Under the pieces are notes generated by a model. It ran no database searches and was not told the origin of the DNA. It worked only from the letters and a program-made list of their open reading frames with translations. From positions 4,154,001-4,218,000 of the forward strand of contig CM035351.1 of NCBI GenBank assembly GCA_020137815.1: DNA of 64,000 nt. The letters run 5' to 3'. Positions within the stretch are counted from its first letter, which is position 1; every line of letters starts with the position of its first letter. Position numbers and translations under genes: made by a program. This document shows positions 24,306 through 42,859 of this stretch, one piece after another. Source of the DNA: Hormiphora californensis (lineage: Eukaryota; Animalia; Ctenophora).

Positions 24306-25623
24306 AGATAGAGAGAGAGAGAGCAGAGTAGAGAGAGAGAGAGAGATAGCTGAAGAGAGATAGAGATGAGAGCCGCTCTACGCTCTTCTCTCCTCAGCTA
24401 TCGCTCGCGACTCATCTCTCGATAGCTATAGCTAGCGAGACTCGATCCCGATTCCACTCATCATGGGAGCCTGGCCACATGGGAGTCCACGCACGACCTC
24501 TCCTACCAATGTCTGTGTGTTCAGTGTATCTTGTAGCTTTCTGTTTGTGTGTGGATGTGTGTGGTCATGTGATTTAGTATTGATTAATTGCAGAGCTTCG
24601 ACGGAGAACTCTCTCCATGCTTGGGTGTAAGCTTTTTGTAAAGTAATAACATGTGTCTAGTAGTTGTACAATGAAAGGTGCCGGGTGTGCTTGTAGCGAA
24701 AAAACAGACTAGGATATCATGATAGAGATCAAGGGGTTTACTGCAGTACATCGATTTGATAATGATTGGAAATGTACCGGCCTGGGAGAGCTAGCGGGAG
24801 GGACTGAGAGATCGAGAAAAAAAATAGAGAGGGAGAGAATACAGGGGAGGGAGAAGATGGAGCTGGGATCGACTCTGCGTTCAATTATACCTTTACTTGC
24901 ATGTGTGGGTGTACTGCCTCTTGCCCAATGTCCCTCTCTCTTTTACTCCATTTTACTCGTGCTTGCTCTCCTATCCATGCTATATCATATAGTCCAATCC
25001 GTTTTATCAATTCATCGAAATTCGATGTTTTTCTGGTTCTACCAGCGATTATATTGTTGAGTAAGGGGGAATAAGGGGGAATAACGATTATACATTGCAA
25101 CATGTATTTGTCTTTATACCAGCGATTATACATAGTATTTACTATTTTCTTTTTTCCCCTATGAATCTCACCTCATTTTATTACGCTGCTAGTCCTTGGA
25201 ATGCCCACGCATTTTGTGTTGTATAGCTCATACTTAACTCATTATTGAGTAGGGGACTAGGAGGTGCTCAGGAGGATAATTTAACATTCAATAACCTGAT
25301 ACGTTTTGTTGTTCACTATCTCCGCCCACCACTTACATAATTGTACTGCATACCACTTTGTCCTTTCAGAGCATTGGCCTGACCCTATTCTAAACTCCCC
25401 GAACTGCGGTCAGAGCATTGGCCAGACTGCAGTCTCACATAGGACTGTCAGCTCTCACGTTGGCCCTGCAAAACTTTCTTCTTGATTTCCCATCTGGCGA
25501 GACCCCGTTTTATTTCTCAGTGCAGATCGGGTCGGCACCGCCAGACGGTTTATTTCTAAGGCCCACCTAGGCTTTCAATCATTGTTCTACATAAACTAAC
25601 ACTTTTCGTTCCATTAGTACACA

Positions 25624-25836
25624 ATGACATCCCAGATTCTACTCCCATCCGTTCTCACTCTGGTTTGTGCCGAGACTATAGATCCTGAAGCCCGAGAAAA
25701 GAACAGGGATATGCTACACGCATTTCTCCGAGAGCCGCCCTACATAATCCTGATGGTTATGTTTGGCCTTATCTTCTTTATCATGTGGTTCGTTGCAGAC
25801 CTCCCACCTCACGAGGCCAAGAAGAACAAGAAATGA
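25624..25836 (+). CDS. Small single-pass membrane protein (70 aa), unknown
   Basis: Signal-peptide-like N-terminus, one TM segment, basic tail, upstream acceptor ccattag|. Confidence 0.6.
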   Translation: MTSQILLPSVLTLVCAETIDPEAREKNRDMLHAFLREPPYIILMVMFGLIFFIMWFVADLPPHEAKKNKK

Positions 25837-26490
25837 AGAGGGGACCTCTCGAGGGGGAATTAAAGTGGGTACCCGCTTCTTGGTGCGAGATTTGATTGTT
25901 ATGGTGACAAGGTCAGTCAAGCTGTCGAGGCAATGGAAGAGATCCGAGTCCAGCCACTACCAGAAGACAGCTAGGAAAATATGTGACAATGTGTGACGTT
26001 TGTGAACTTCTTTATTTGATTTTAATTCTGAATTGCAGATGTTTATTTCACTTCGCTGTAATTACTGTTCAGTGTTCACATCTAGAGGTAAATAATGCGA
26101 GGCATGGCCTACTGTTCACATGCTACCATTAGAAACTAGCACCTGTTTGTACAACACGGCGCGTTACGTCAGGGAAGTATGCCCTGTTTTCTACATGTTC
26201 TACATGTCCTCTCTGTCAGGCCAATTCTGTGACAGTGTTCTCTCCTTCTTTTAAAAAGCTTCTCCCGACTCACGAGACCCTTTTGAACTGTCAATACACA
26301 CAGTCAGTACGCTCAGTACGGAGATAAGCGGCCATGAAAGTCACATACTGTTCGGAAAAAGCAAGCTGTGGTGAAGCGTGCAAGATGGTATTGTCTCCAT
26401 AGCAACGGTCTCTTTACCTCATTTAAACGCACACATTTCACTCAAACTTCTGTTGTTTGCTGCTGCTTCACGTTCTCTAAACACACAACT

Positions 26491-27114
26491 ATGTCGGAAG
26501 AGGCTTCCACCCCACCCTCTGGAGATCCTTCAATACCGGATAACCTGAACGAGCTCTCGGAGCTGTCCCTAATCCTGCGATCTAATGTGTTTCCCGGGTC
26601 GTCCCACTCCAGTAGTGACTGGCACTCTGAGGTGAAAAGTGTTTATCCTGATCATCAGATCTCACCACAAGCCGAGGTGGGCATCTATATGAAACCTAGG
26701 AAGGACTACAGAAGAAAGGTAAGAATTTCTGAAACAGTCTGTCAGAGCATTGGCCTGACCCATTCTCGTTTCTTTCAAGAGAGAACTGTGGTCAGAGCAT
26801 TGGCCTGACGAGTTTTCGTCTAGTTCTATAATGGAGCATACAGTTGCAGTGTGCCATGTAATTGTGCTTGTGAGTCGGTCACTTTTCCAATTGCATCTGA
26901 GAATTGAGTGTTCCGAAGGAGATGATTAATTAAGAATGAGAATATGTCACAGAACAGGATAGAAAGAATGAGTGAGCGAGAATGAGAGAGAGAGAGAGAG
27001 GGAGAGAGAGAGAGAGAGATGAGAGAGAGAGCGAGATAGAGATATAATGCTTCGCCTCTCTTCAGTATCGCTAGTATCTGTCTATCATCTCCTCTCTCTC
27101 TCGCTCTCTATCTA

Positions 27115-27145
<31 letters not shown>

Positions 27146-27687
27146 TCTCTCTGCTCTCTCTCTCTCTCTCTCTCTCTTCTCGATCTCTCTCTCTCTCTCT
27201 TTCACGAGCTTCTAACTGAAGAGCATGTGTGTCCCGTTGCTTCCGTGTTACTAAGAAAATAGCTGCAGTTTTTTACCGTACACTCGTTAGTTGAACACAC
27301 GAACGCTCCCACCCACTCACATGGGCGCTACTTCTACTGGGATGTGGGCACATTGCCCTACTATACCACAGTCCTCAACTATCGAGTATTGGAGTGTAAA
27401 ACCGCAATTTACAACTACTCTGAAATATTTGGGACCGGTTTTGTGTGTGTGAGACTGTGGCGAAAGCCTCAGGATACACATTTAGGCCAAGCGTAACCAG
27501 AGCTAGACTACAATTTCTTCTACCCAGAACACCAATTTCAACATCTTTCTCACTTTCAGATACCAAAACTAAATTTTCAATTTCTCAGGTGCACCAATAC
27601 TCAAGGTGGATGGAGAAAGATATTGAAACGAAGAACCTGGCCAGACAGTGGAACGCCCATGTAGCTGAAAATTCTGCTAAAAAGTGA
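26491..27687 (+). CDS. TEX33-like ciliary/testis protein
   Basis: Exons 26491-26718 and 27589-27687. LRSNVFPG...S.VK..Y...RK....SRW.EK....NL resembles the TEX33 C-terminal domain as I recall it. Confidence 0.6.
26741..26808. repeat. Short dispersed repeat with paired gtcagagcattggcctgac motifs (also ~25366-25428 and 40784-40858)
   Basis: Three copies visible in the window. Confidence 0.65.
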
Positions 27688-28408
27688 TTTGAAACCCGAG
27701 AAACAAAGAATTTTTATAGTGTCAAATAAATCAATACGAGAAACATTGACTTGTCCAGACTCTCAAAATACAGTACAACCGGTTGTTAACCTCAATTTAC
27801 CGGACAGATAAACTTCCCCCAAGTTAGGATAATAATGATATTGATATTTTACTGAGTCCGGTAAATCGAGGTTTGACTGCTCAAGAGAAAGATACACACA
27901 CACACACACATACTCAGTGGAGGTATAATGAGAGTTGTAAAAAAAGTGTTTTCAACAATAAGTTACTAGCACCTACGTCACCCTAACAATTGTTCAACAT
28001 GCCACCGGGCAATTCTAATAACACACACTTCACAAGACCTAACCAACTTTGGGGAAACTAATATTTCTCGTTACAATGAGGCTACAATAATAACATGACA
28101 CCTAAACATACACAAACACATGGAAAATAATTAATTCCACAAACACGCACAACACAGCAACACGCACATCACAGCTCAGGAAATCTTGCTCCTTCATAAA
28201 AATAATACGCGCGGTTCACTTCCATAACACATCTCACAGCGGTGTATCTCAAATACACATCCTGCATGAAATATCGGCCAGTTGATTATTGATCAGCATT
28301 TTCTTATCACAAAATAATATTATTCGCTCTGGCTCCTATATCTTGTAGAAACAAAGAGGGCCGATATATCTCAGCTCAGTTAATTTCAGTGTCTATCCCA
28401 CCTTACTC

Positions 28409-33950
<5,542 letters not shown>

Positions 33951-34900
33951 GCTAACCTGAAGTATTGGTAGTGGTGTTATAGTACTTGTTAAACAGGATT
34001 GGTGACACAATAGAACCTGGTTATATACATGTGACACAAAAAGACCTGGTTAGGCATGTGTTACTAACAAGTTATTTGAGTCGCCTGACACTGTGTCCGT
34101 GCTACGATTCAACAAGTTGTAGCAAAGATTAACTAGCATTCTTTTTAAAAGTGGTGAAACATTACAGTGATCTAACAGCTGAGGAGATAAGACGTAGTAT
34201 GACGTAACAAATCTAGCACATAGGAAGCCAGCGGCCACCACGTATTCGTCTAACTCTAACATGTCTAAGATAACTGTAAACTGGTAAACGCAACTCATTT
34301 CAATTGGGGGATTCATTTTAATAAGAATAGCTGCTTATAGACACCTCCATATTAGGTACCGGAAGCATTAGCAACAACTAGTTGTCCCAAAAAAGAAGTT
34401 CTTTAAAAATAAATTCAGTGTGGCATCAGATAGACCTGAGAACGTTTGTTAATTCCGTACAAAATTAGTAATGAACAAGGATATAACTAATGGACACATA
34501 ATGGACACGTAATGATTTGATTTGAAATAGGATAAAAATCAATATACACACGGCCTATTATCAGGGTGTGAACTGCATGTCGTGTTTGCTAGTCGCGAGC
34601 GCGCTTGCGAGACAAGCAAACACGTCAAGGTTCATTAACAAGCATGCTGCTCAGTTATTTTAGATTTAATACACAATGTAAGGATACCATGTAATAGGTG
34701 AGACTCTTGCCATCACCCTCGTTCAAGTCCCGTGAAAAACGGAGCAGTACACGCAAACTGATGCCCATTTTCCTCGCGTGACCCCGATTCAGCAGTTTGA
34801 GACACCAACTCTTTAGGGGGCCATATCTCAGGAACCAGACAAGATAGGAAAAATCGCCGTCTAACGAGGCGTACAGTTTTTAATCTAGTTTACCACTGTA

Positions 34901-35051
34901 AAGTCGGATTTTTTGAAGTTGTCACCCCCCTTTTCGTGCGCGGAAAGTTTTTGCGCGTCACATCACATGTTAACGTGTGGTGTGCGCGTCAAAATTGATA
35001 AATTTCACATGCGCGGTCATTTTGGGGTGACAACTTCAAAAAATCCGACTT
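34901..35051. mobile_element. 151-bp MITE with TA TSD nested in the left arm only
   Basis: TIR aagtcggattttttgaagttgtcacccc; the right arm shows the empty site (gccggTAcagtgg at ~38101). Confidence 0.85.
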
Positions 35052-35269
35052 TACCGGCCGTTTCACTCTCCGACCTAAAACAAAAATCGCAACCCCACAA
35101 AACTTCAAAATAATGAAATTCGCATCTCGCATGTCGTGTTGCATGTCGTGTTGCATGTCGTGTCATGTTATTGACGCGCTCGCGTTCAACTCTCACACAG
35201 CAGCTGCAGAACATGGCGGGAAACATCGAGGAGTAGAGAGAGGGTCGGTGCCGAATCAAATATTTCTTG

Positions 35270-37890
35270 ATCTTGATCTACTCCATCTCTCAGCTATCCT
35301 ACCCCTCATCAACTCGATCTCTCAGCTACCCTACCCCTCATCTACTCCATCTTTCAGCTACCCTACCCCTCATCTACTCCATCTTTCAGCTACCCTACCC
35401 CTTATCTAGTCCATCTCTCAGCTACCCTACTCCTCATCTACTCCATCTCTCAGCTTCCCTATTAGGGAAGCATAGAGATGGAAACGATTAGGGGTAGGGA
35501 ATCCCTATCGATAATCGTTTCCATCTCTATGCTTCCCTAGCCCTCATCAACTCCATCTTTCAGCTACCCTACCCCTAATCTAGTCCATCTCTCCGCTACC
35601 CTACTCCTCATCTACTCCATCTCTCAGCTACCCTACCTCCCATTTACTCCATCTCTCAGCTACCCTACCTCCCATTTACTCCATCTCTCAACTTCCCTAC
35701 CTCCCATTTACTCCATCTCTCAGCTTACCTACCTCCCATTTACTCCATATCTCAGCTTCCCTACCTGCCATTTACTCCATCTCTCAGATACCCTACCTCC
35801 CATTTACTCCATCTCTCAGCTTACCTACCTAAACCTTCCATTTACTCCATCTCTCAGCTTCCCTACCTCCCATTTACTCCATCCCTCAGCTACCCTACCT
35901 CCCATTTGATCCATCTCTCAGCTTCCCTACCTCCCATTTACTCCATCTCTCAGCTTCCCTACCTCCCATTTACTCCGTCCCTCAGCTTCCCTACCTCCCA
36001 TTTACTCCATCTCTCAGCTACCCTACCACCCATTTACTCCATCTCTCAGCTTTCCTACCTCCCATTTACTCCATATCTCAGCTTCCCTACCTGCCATTTA
36101 CTCCATCTCTCAGATACCCTACCTCCCATTTACTCCATCTCTCAGCTTCCCTACCTCCCATTTACTCCATCTCTCAGCTACCCTACCTCCCATTTACTCC
36201 ATTTCTCAGCTTCCCTACCTCTCATTTACTCCATCTCTCAGCTACCCTACCTCCCATTTACTCCACCTCTCAGCTTCCCTACCTCCCATTTACTCCATCT
36301 CTCAGCTACCCTACCTCCCATTTACTCCATCTCTCAGCTTCCCTACCTCCCATTTACTCCATCTCTCAGCTACCTTACCTTCCATTTACTCCATCTCTCA
36401 GCTTCCCTACCTCCCATTTACTCCATCTCTCAGCTACCCTACCTCCCATTTACTCCATCTCTCAGCTTCCCTACCTCCCATTTACTCCATCTCTCAGCTA
36501 CCCTACCTCCCATTTACTCCATCTCTCAGCTACCCTACCTCCCATTTACTCCATCTCTCAGCTTCCCTACCTCCCCTTTACTCCATCCCTCAGCTTCCCT
36601 ACCTCCCATTTACTCCATCTCTCAACTTCCCTACCTCCCATTTACTCCATCTCTCAGCTACCCTACCTCCCATTTGATCCATCTCTCAGCTTTCCTACCT
36701 CCCATTTACTCCATCTCTCAGCTTCCCTACCTCCCATTTACTCCATCTCTCAGCTTCCCTACCTCCCATTTACTCCATCTCTCAGGGGTAGGAATGTTAG
36801 GATAAATGAGAGATGGAGTAAATGGGAGGTAGGGAAGCTGAGAGATGGAGTAAATGGGAGGTAGGGAAGCTGAGAGATGGAGTAAATGGGAGGTAGGGAA
36901 GGTAAGCGATGGAGTAAATGGGAGGTAGGGAAGCTGAAAGATGGAGTATATGGGAGGTAGGGAAGCTGAGAGATGGATCAAATGGGAGGTAGGGTAGCTG
37001 AGAGATGGAGTAAATGGGAGGTAGGGAAGTTGAGAGATGGAGTAAATGGGAGGTAGGGAAGCTGAGGGATGGAGTAAAGGGGAGGTAGGGAAGCTGAGAG
37101 ATGGAGTAAATGGGAGGTAGGGAAGCTGAGAGATGGAGTAAATGGGTGGTAGGGTAGCTGAGAGATGGAGTGAATGGGAGGTAGGGTAGCTGAGAGATGG
37201 AGTAAATGGGAGGCAGGGATGGAGTAAATGGGAGGTAGGGAAGCTGAGGGATGGAGTAAATGGGAGGTAGGGAAGCTGAGAGATGGAGTAAATGGGAGGT
37301 AGGGAAGCTGAGAGATGGAGTAAATGGGAGGTAGGTAAGCTGAGAGATGGAGTAAATGGGAGGTAGGGTATCTGAAAGATGGAGTAAATGGCAGGTAGGG
37401 AAGCTGAGATATGGAGTAAATGGGAGGTAGGTAAGCTGAGAGATGGAGTAAATGGGAGGTAGGGAAGCTGAGAGATGGAGTAAATGGGAGGTAGGGTAGC
37501 TGAGAGATGGAGTAAATGGGAGGTAGGGTAGCTGAGAGATGGAGTAGATGAGGAGTAGGGTAGCGGAGAGATGGACTAGATTAGGGGTAGGGTAGCTGAA
37601 AGATGGAGTTGATGAGGGCTAGGGAAGCATAGAGATGGAAACGATTATCGATAGGGATTCCCTACCCCTAATCGTTTCCATCTCTATGCTTCCCTAATAG
37701 GGAAGCTGAGAGATGGAGTAGATGAGGAGTAGGGTAGCTGAGAGATGGACTAGATAAGGGGTAGGGTAGCTGAAAGATGGAGTAGATGAGGGGTAGGGTA
37801 GCTGAAAGATGGAGTAGATGAGGGGTAGGGTAGCTGAGAGATCGAGTTGATGAGGGGTAGGATAGCTGAGAGATGGAGTAGATCAAGATC
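35270..37890. repeat. 32-bp minisatellite (ctccatctctcagcttccctacctcccattta) in two opposed arrays
   Basis: Orientation switches at ~36795; the 32-aa periodicity of ORF 35906-36805 equals three units. Confidence 0.93.
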
Positions 37891-39013
37891 AAGAAATATT
37901 TGATTCGGCACCGACCCTCTCTCTACTCCTCGATGTTTCCCGCCATGTTCTGCAGCTGCTGTGTGAGAGTTGAACGCGAGCGCGTCAATAACATGACACG
38001 ACATGCAACACGACATGCAACACGACATGCGAGATGCGAATTTCATTATTTTGAAGTTTTGTGGGGTTGCGATTTTTGTTTTAGGTCGGAGAGTGAAACG
38101 GCCGGTACAGTGGTAAACTAGATTAAAAACTGTACGCCTCGTTAGACGGCGATTTTTCCTATCTTGTCTGGTTCCTGAGATATGGCCCCCTAAAGAGTTG
38201 GTGTCTCAAACTGCTGAATCGGGGTCACGCGAGGAAAATGGGCATCAGTTTGCGTGTACTGCTCCGTTTTTCACGGGACTTGAACGAGGGTGATGGCAAG
38301 AGTCTCACCTATTACATGGTATCCTTACATTGTGTATTAAATCTAAAATAACTGAGCAGCATGCTTGTTAATGAACCTTGACGTGTTTGCTTGTCTCGCA
38401 AGCGCGCTCGCGACTAGCAAACACGACATGCAGTTCACACCCTGATTATACTAGTCTCGCATAAGATTGTCTTCTATAATAGTGCAACTGCAAACTATTT
38501 AATCACAACGTTTCGGCTTCCGCCATAATCATATTGTGTAATAAGGACATCACCTCTTAAGGTGAGGTGGGGTGTGATTACAGAGGGGTACTGGGGAGTG
38601 AGTACTGAGTAGGGGTAGATTCCCATGAAGGGAGAGGGAGAGAGGGGGTTAGTAGCAGGGGGAGTAGGGTCGGAGGGAGACTGAAGGGGAGAGGGGGAAT
38701 ATTGGCACTACGGGGGTTGAAGGAGGATGCAACGATGGACAGGGCTGGCTCCAGGGGGTGGTTAGAGGGGTGAGCACTGACCACAACCCCTAAAATTCTC
38801 TGCGTGAAAATTGGTTAAAAATAATCAAACTTTTCCGGGGGCTTCGCCTCCAAACCCCCTCCGGTCGCACGTACAAAATTTTGGGAACAGTGGTCTCCGG
38901 CCAATTCACCTCTGAAAATATTGGCATGGAGCCTAGCCCTGACGATGGGGAGGATAGGGTCCCATTACTGGCTAATGGATGGGCTTTAGACTCTAAGACC
39001 TGAAGCAAATCTT

Positions 39014-39210
39014 TTGAAAAGAACTCACCAGAACCAGAAGAAAATGGCCTATTTGAGGAGGGTTCTAAACGTAGAGCAGGGTAGCTTCACTCCTCTTGTG
39101 TTTGCTACTTCAGGAGGCTTCGCACCAGAGGTTAAACGAGTTCTGGAATGCGTTGGACACAAAATCTGCTCCAAGCACCAAGAAGGACTCAGTGAGACGA
39201 TGTCTTTTAT
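39014..39210 (+). pseudogene. CRE-like non-LTR retroelement C-terminal (REL endonuclease region) fragment, left part
   Basis: KKMAYLRRVLNVEQGSFTPLVFATSGG; continues in frame at 45833. Confidence 0.75.
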
Positions 39211-39849
39211 GGAGGCACCCCGAATGTGTTGAGACGCGCATATCGCGACGCGCATGAGACGCGCATGCGACGCGCACATTGCGACGCGCACCAAATTGGT
39301 CAAATTCAAAAAATGTGAAAATGCGTTTTTAAAATTTTAAGACTTGAGGCCTCTTGGACGTTTTTGGGAGACTGATGGTGACCCATAAGGAGTCCGAGAG
39401 TGCACAGCATCGGAAAGAGACTGCACTGTGCAGTGCACGCAGCATCCAGAAGAGAACGCGCGCTTACCACGTGAAAGAGGCTAACCGCGCGAAGTAAGCA
39501 GTACTTTACCCTCAATTTTCTTCTCGCGCGTTACATAACATTCAATTTCACACACTTCTGTCTTCGGAGACTCGATGAAGAATACTGAAATCAAGGATGA
39601 GAAGATAAATGAGGCCAATCACGCATGTAGGGGACGCGGGGGCCACGTAGGCCATGGCCCCCGCAACTTTTTCGGTTGCCCATACAAAATTTGATGTTTG
39701 GACCCCCAATCATTGAATTTCACTCCCTTACACTGGTTTTCGCTAGGCTTCTCGCTAATCTTGCGAGCATGGGAACGGCTTCGGTTATCGGGGTAGACCT
39801 TTTCTATCCTCCCTAATATCGTATATCTTGCTCTCTCTTCCTGGAAATC

Positions 39850-40661
39850 CCCCCATAGGAATTTCGCGCGGAGGAACCTGCATTCTCCAGCCTTTTCGTC
39901 ACGCGAATGAAGGTGGTTATCCAAGAAAAAACTAGCTAAAGTCCTGGAGAAAACAGGCATTAGTGCAGTCATTGTCTATTGCCGCGTTCCCCCTTTCAAC
40001 TTTGTCTGGTGTATCTCAGAAAATATTTAACTTACAGACTCCCAAAAAACGGGAGGTAACATAATATTGTAGAAAATATAATACTATCTGGGTTTTATTT
40101 AGATTAATGCACAGATACATAGCTATAGTTAGTGACACTTGGTGTCATAATTTTCTCCCATTGTTGTAGGTATTCACTTGACAGCTACCCCCTCTTTCTC
40201 TCCCATTCTCGCCCCTCTCCAGCCAGACAGTGTTGACAGGGGAACGCGGCAGTAGACAATGATTGCACGAATGCCTGTTTTCTCCAGGACTTTAGCTAGT
40301 TTTTTCTTGGATAACCACCTTTGGGGTCACCACACACCAAAGTTAAAATTAAAATTAAAATTTTGATTTTAAACCCGCACACACCAGCGGCCGTTAAAAT
40401 TTCTCTCCCCATTCTAAAAGTAACAATCTCACGCACGATTTTGACGGTCGCGTTGGATGACAAAATTTTAACACGCCGTTAAAATCGCGCGCGAGATTGT
40501 TACTTTTAGAATGGGGGAGAGAAATTTTAACGGCCGCTGGTGTGTGCGGGTTTAAAATCAAAATTTTAATTTTAATTTTAACTTTGGTGTGTGGTGACCC
40601 TCATTCGCGTGACGAAAAGGCTGGAGAATGCAGGTTCCTCCGCGCGAAATTCCTATGGGGG
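39850..40661. repeat. Branched inverted-repeat element (outer stem enclosing two hairpins)
   Basis: Pairings 39850-39910/40601-40661, 39911-39993/40238-40320 and 40324-40447/40477-40600. Confidence 0.85.
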
Positions 40662-41264
40662 TCTTTGCTAACACCCAAACTATTCTTGATTTCTACCACT
40701 CTCGTCTCACTGATGACTTACCCTCTTATCTCACCGATCCATGTCTCTCTCCCACCCTTTCTCTCCCACTCCGGCCTTACTCTGTCAGGCCAATGCTCTG
40801 ACCACAGTTCTCGCACGCTCTTGAAGAAATGAGAGTAAGGTCAGGCCAATGCTCTGACAGGCCTTACTGGATGATTGGGTCTATGGACCATTAGTAAGCA
40901 AACCAAAAAGTCGCCGTCTTCGACTTTCGTCAATAACGACTCGTTTTGACGAAAATGGCGACTTTTTGGTATAAAAATCAAATTTTTTTCCCCCGGGCTC
41001 AGCTGTCGCCTCGCCCAATCTATAAGAGTTTCCAATAAAAAACTCGGGTATGTCATACCACGTGACTGGTCAGTGGTCACGTGACTAAAAATTTTGGCCA
41101 AAAAATGGCCCCCACAACTTCAAAACCTCCCCTACATGCATGAGGCCAATTATATTCTTGAGTTGGTAATTGTTTTCAAACAAGATCAACACACTTTTGG
41201 ATTATTTGAAAATTCTATATTGGAGAGAAATATTTCGTTGCTAATTTCAGACCAAAAGTGTCAA

Positions 41265-41513
41265 GTCAAAGTCCAGGTCTCTCCCAATCATTGGGTATGC
41301 CTGCGGTGCTTATCTCCGATTGAAGTCCTAAGCCACTCCGTGCCGAAGTACTAAACTTGCAGTCTGGGGACCAGCCCTACGTGCAAGGGAGTGTGACTTT
41401 CCAGCAGTTGCTGTACCAATTTATAGCTCGGTCAACTAGACGGCTTGCGTCGGGTCCCGAACCCGGGACCTTCTGCATGAGAGGCGAGTGTGTTACCACT
41501 ACACCACCCAGCC
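41265..41513 (-). mobile_element. tRNA-derived SINE-like element
   Basis: Head GGCTGGGTGGTGTAGTGGTAACAC...GGTCCCGGGTTCG with A/B-box-like motifs, imperfect cloverleaf, short body and GACTT-like tail. Confidence 0.65.
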
Positions 41514-42327
41514 GCAAAAAGTGTGTCGGAAGAATATAACACATATTCATTTCGTTTCCATTAAGTTTCAGTGTACATATAAAAACAATATTGTTAAATG
41601 TTAGATTTACAACAGTTTGTTTTGCATTGACTACGTAATTGAACTGTAATTATATTTGATTCAACGCTCAAAAGGAAAAGCTAAACATTTTTTGACAATA
41701 TATATTGCCAAATGCAACCATCATTACCAAGTTATCAATGATCACGAGATAGAAAGTGAGCATTGAATAATTAAGAAAAATCACGTACGAGTTTCACGAC
41801 CAAAGACGGTCACTGTCTTTCCTCCATTACCTCTACCTACTCCCACTTTAAAAGATAATGTTCAACTTATTCCGGGCCGTGTTATTGATTCCGGTATTTC
41901 TCTTTCAATCATGTTTCGCCCTGAGCTGTGTGCAAGTAAGGACATCTCACTCATTTATCTCCTCCACATATGATATCTCCCAACGTGTCAAATCCAGAAC
42001 TTCCAGTGTTAGTTTCATCTTTTCCTCATCAAACTGATGGAGGAAGGGATATTTAATTGATTGAGAAGGAGGGGTTAGTTGATCAACATAACAATAATGG
42101 GAGATGGCTTGTAAAAATCAGGAAATAATAAAGAAGTCGTAGTGTAAGAGGTGAGTGTAAATCATGTTGGGAAGGGCGTTTGATCGTTAAAAAAACCTAG
42201 CTTGGCAAAAAACCCTTAACCCATGTATGCACTGCCTCACTGGATTTCTTATGTATTAAAAAACATTGATTCTGACACTGATTTCCGGTTAAGAGGGGGC
42301 GTTGCTGTAGAGACGATGTTGGTCAAA

Positions 42328-42853
42328 GGAAGGAAGGAAGGAAAGAAGGAAGGAAGGAAAGAAGGAAGGAAGGAAGGAAGGAAGGAAGGAAGGAAGGAAG
42401 GAAGGAAGGAAGGAAGGAAGGAAGGAAGGAAGGAAGGAAGGAAGGAAGGAAGGAAGGAAGGAAGGAAGGAAGGAAGGAAGGAAGGAAGGAAGGAAGGAAG
42501 GATGGGATGGAAGGGAAGGGAAGGGAAGGGAAGGGAAGGGAAGGGAAGGGAAGGAAGGGAAGGGAAGGGAAGGGAAGGGAAGGGAAGGGAAGGGAAGGGA
42601 AGGGAAGGGAAGGGAAGGGAAGGGAAGGGAAGGGAAGGGAAGGGAAGGGAAGGGAAGGGAAGGGAAGGGAAGGGAAGGGAAGGGAAGGGAAGGGAAGGGA
42701 AGGGAAGGGAAGGGAAGGGAAGGGAAGGGAAGGGAAGGGAAGGGAAGGGAAGGGAAGGGAAGGGAAGGGAAGGGAAGGGAAGGGAAGGGAAGGGAAGGGA
42801 AGGGAAGGGAAGGGAAGGGAAGGGAAGGGAAGGGAAGGGAAGGGAAGGGAAGG
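42328..42853. repeat. Compound (GGAA)n / (GGGAA)n polypurine tract
   Basis: Directly visible, ~525 bp. Confidence 0.95.
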
Positions 42854-42859
42854 ATTGAT

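Larger units (their letters stand above)
34562..38444. mobile_element. 3.9-kb foldback element, CAGGG...CCCTG ends, 5-bp flanking direct repeat ATTAT, internal inverted minisatellite
   Basis: Mirror-image ORF translations (98, 74 and 73/80 aa); ATTAT at 34557-34561 and 38445-38449; centre at ~36786-36806. Confidence 0.88.

Noticed and set aside
24240-24450. Scrambled GA/CT-rich segments (also ~27000-27200, 29870-30100, 33000-33240)
   Set aside because: These look like low-quality consensus over microsatellites rather than biological structure.
35906-36805. 299-aa ORF
   Set aside because: Translation of the 32-bp minisatellite; no independent coding signal.
35270-37890. CRISPR-like array of 32-bp repeats
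   Set aside because: No unique spacers, no cas genes, eukaryotic context.
41440-41513. Functional tRNA gene
   Set aside because: Anticodon and T arms pair poorly and a SINE-like body follows.
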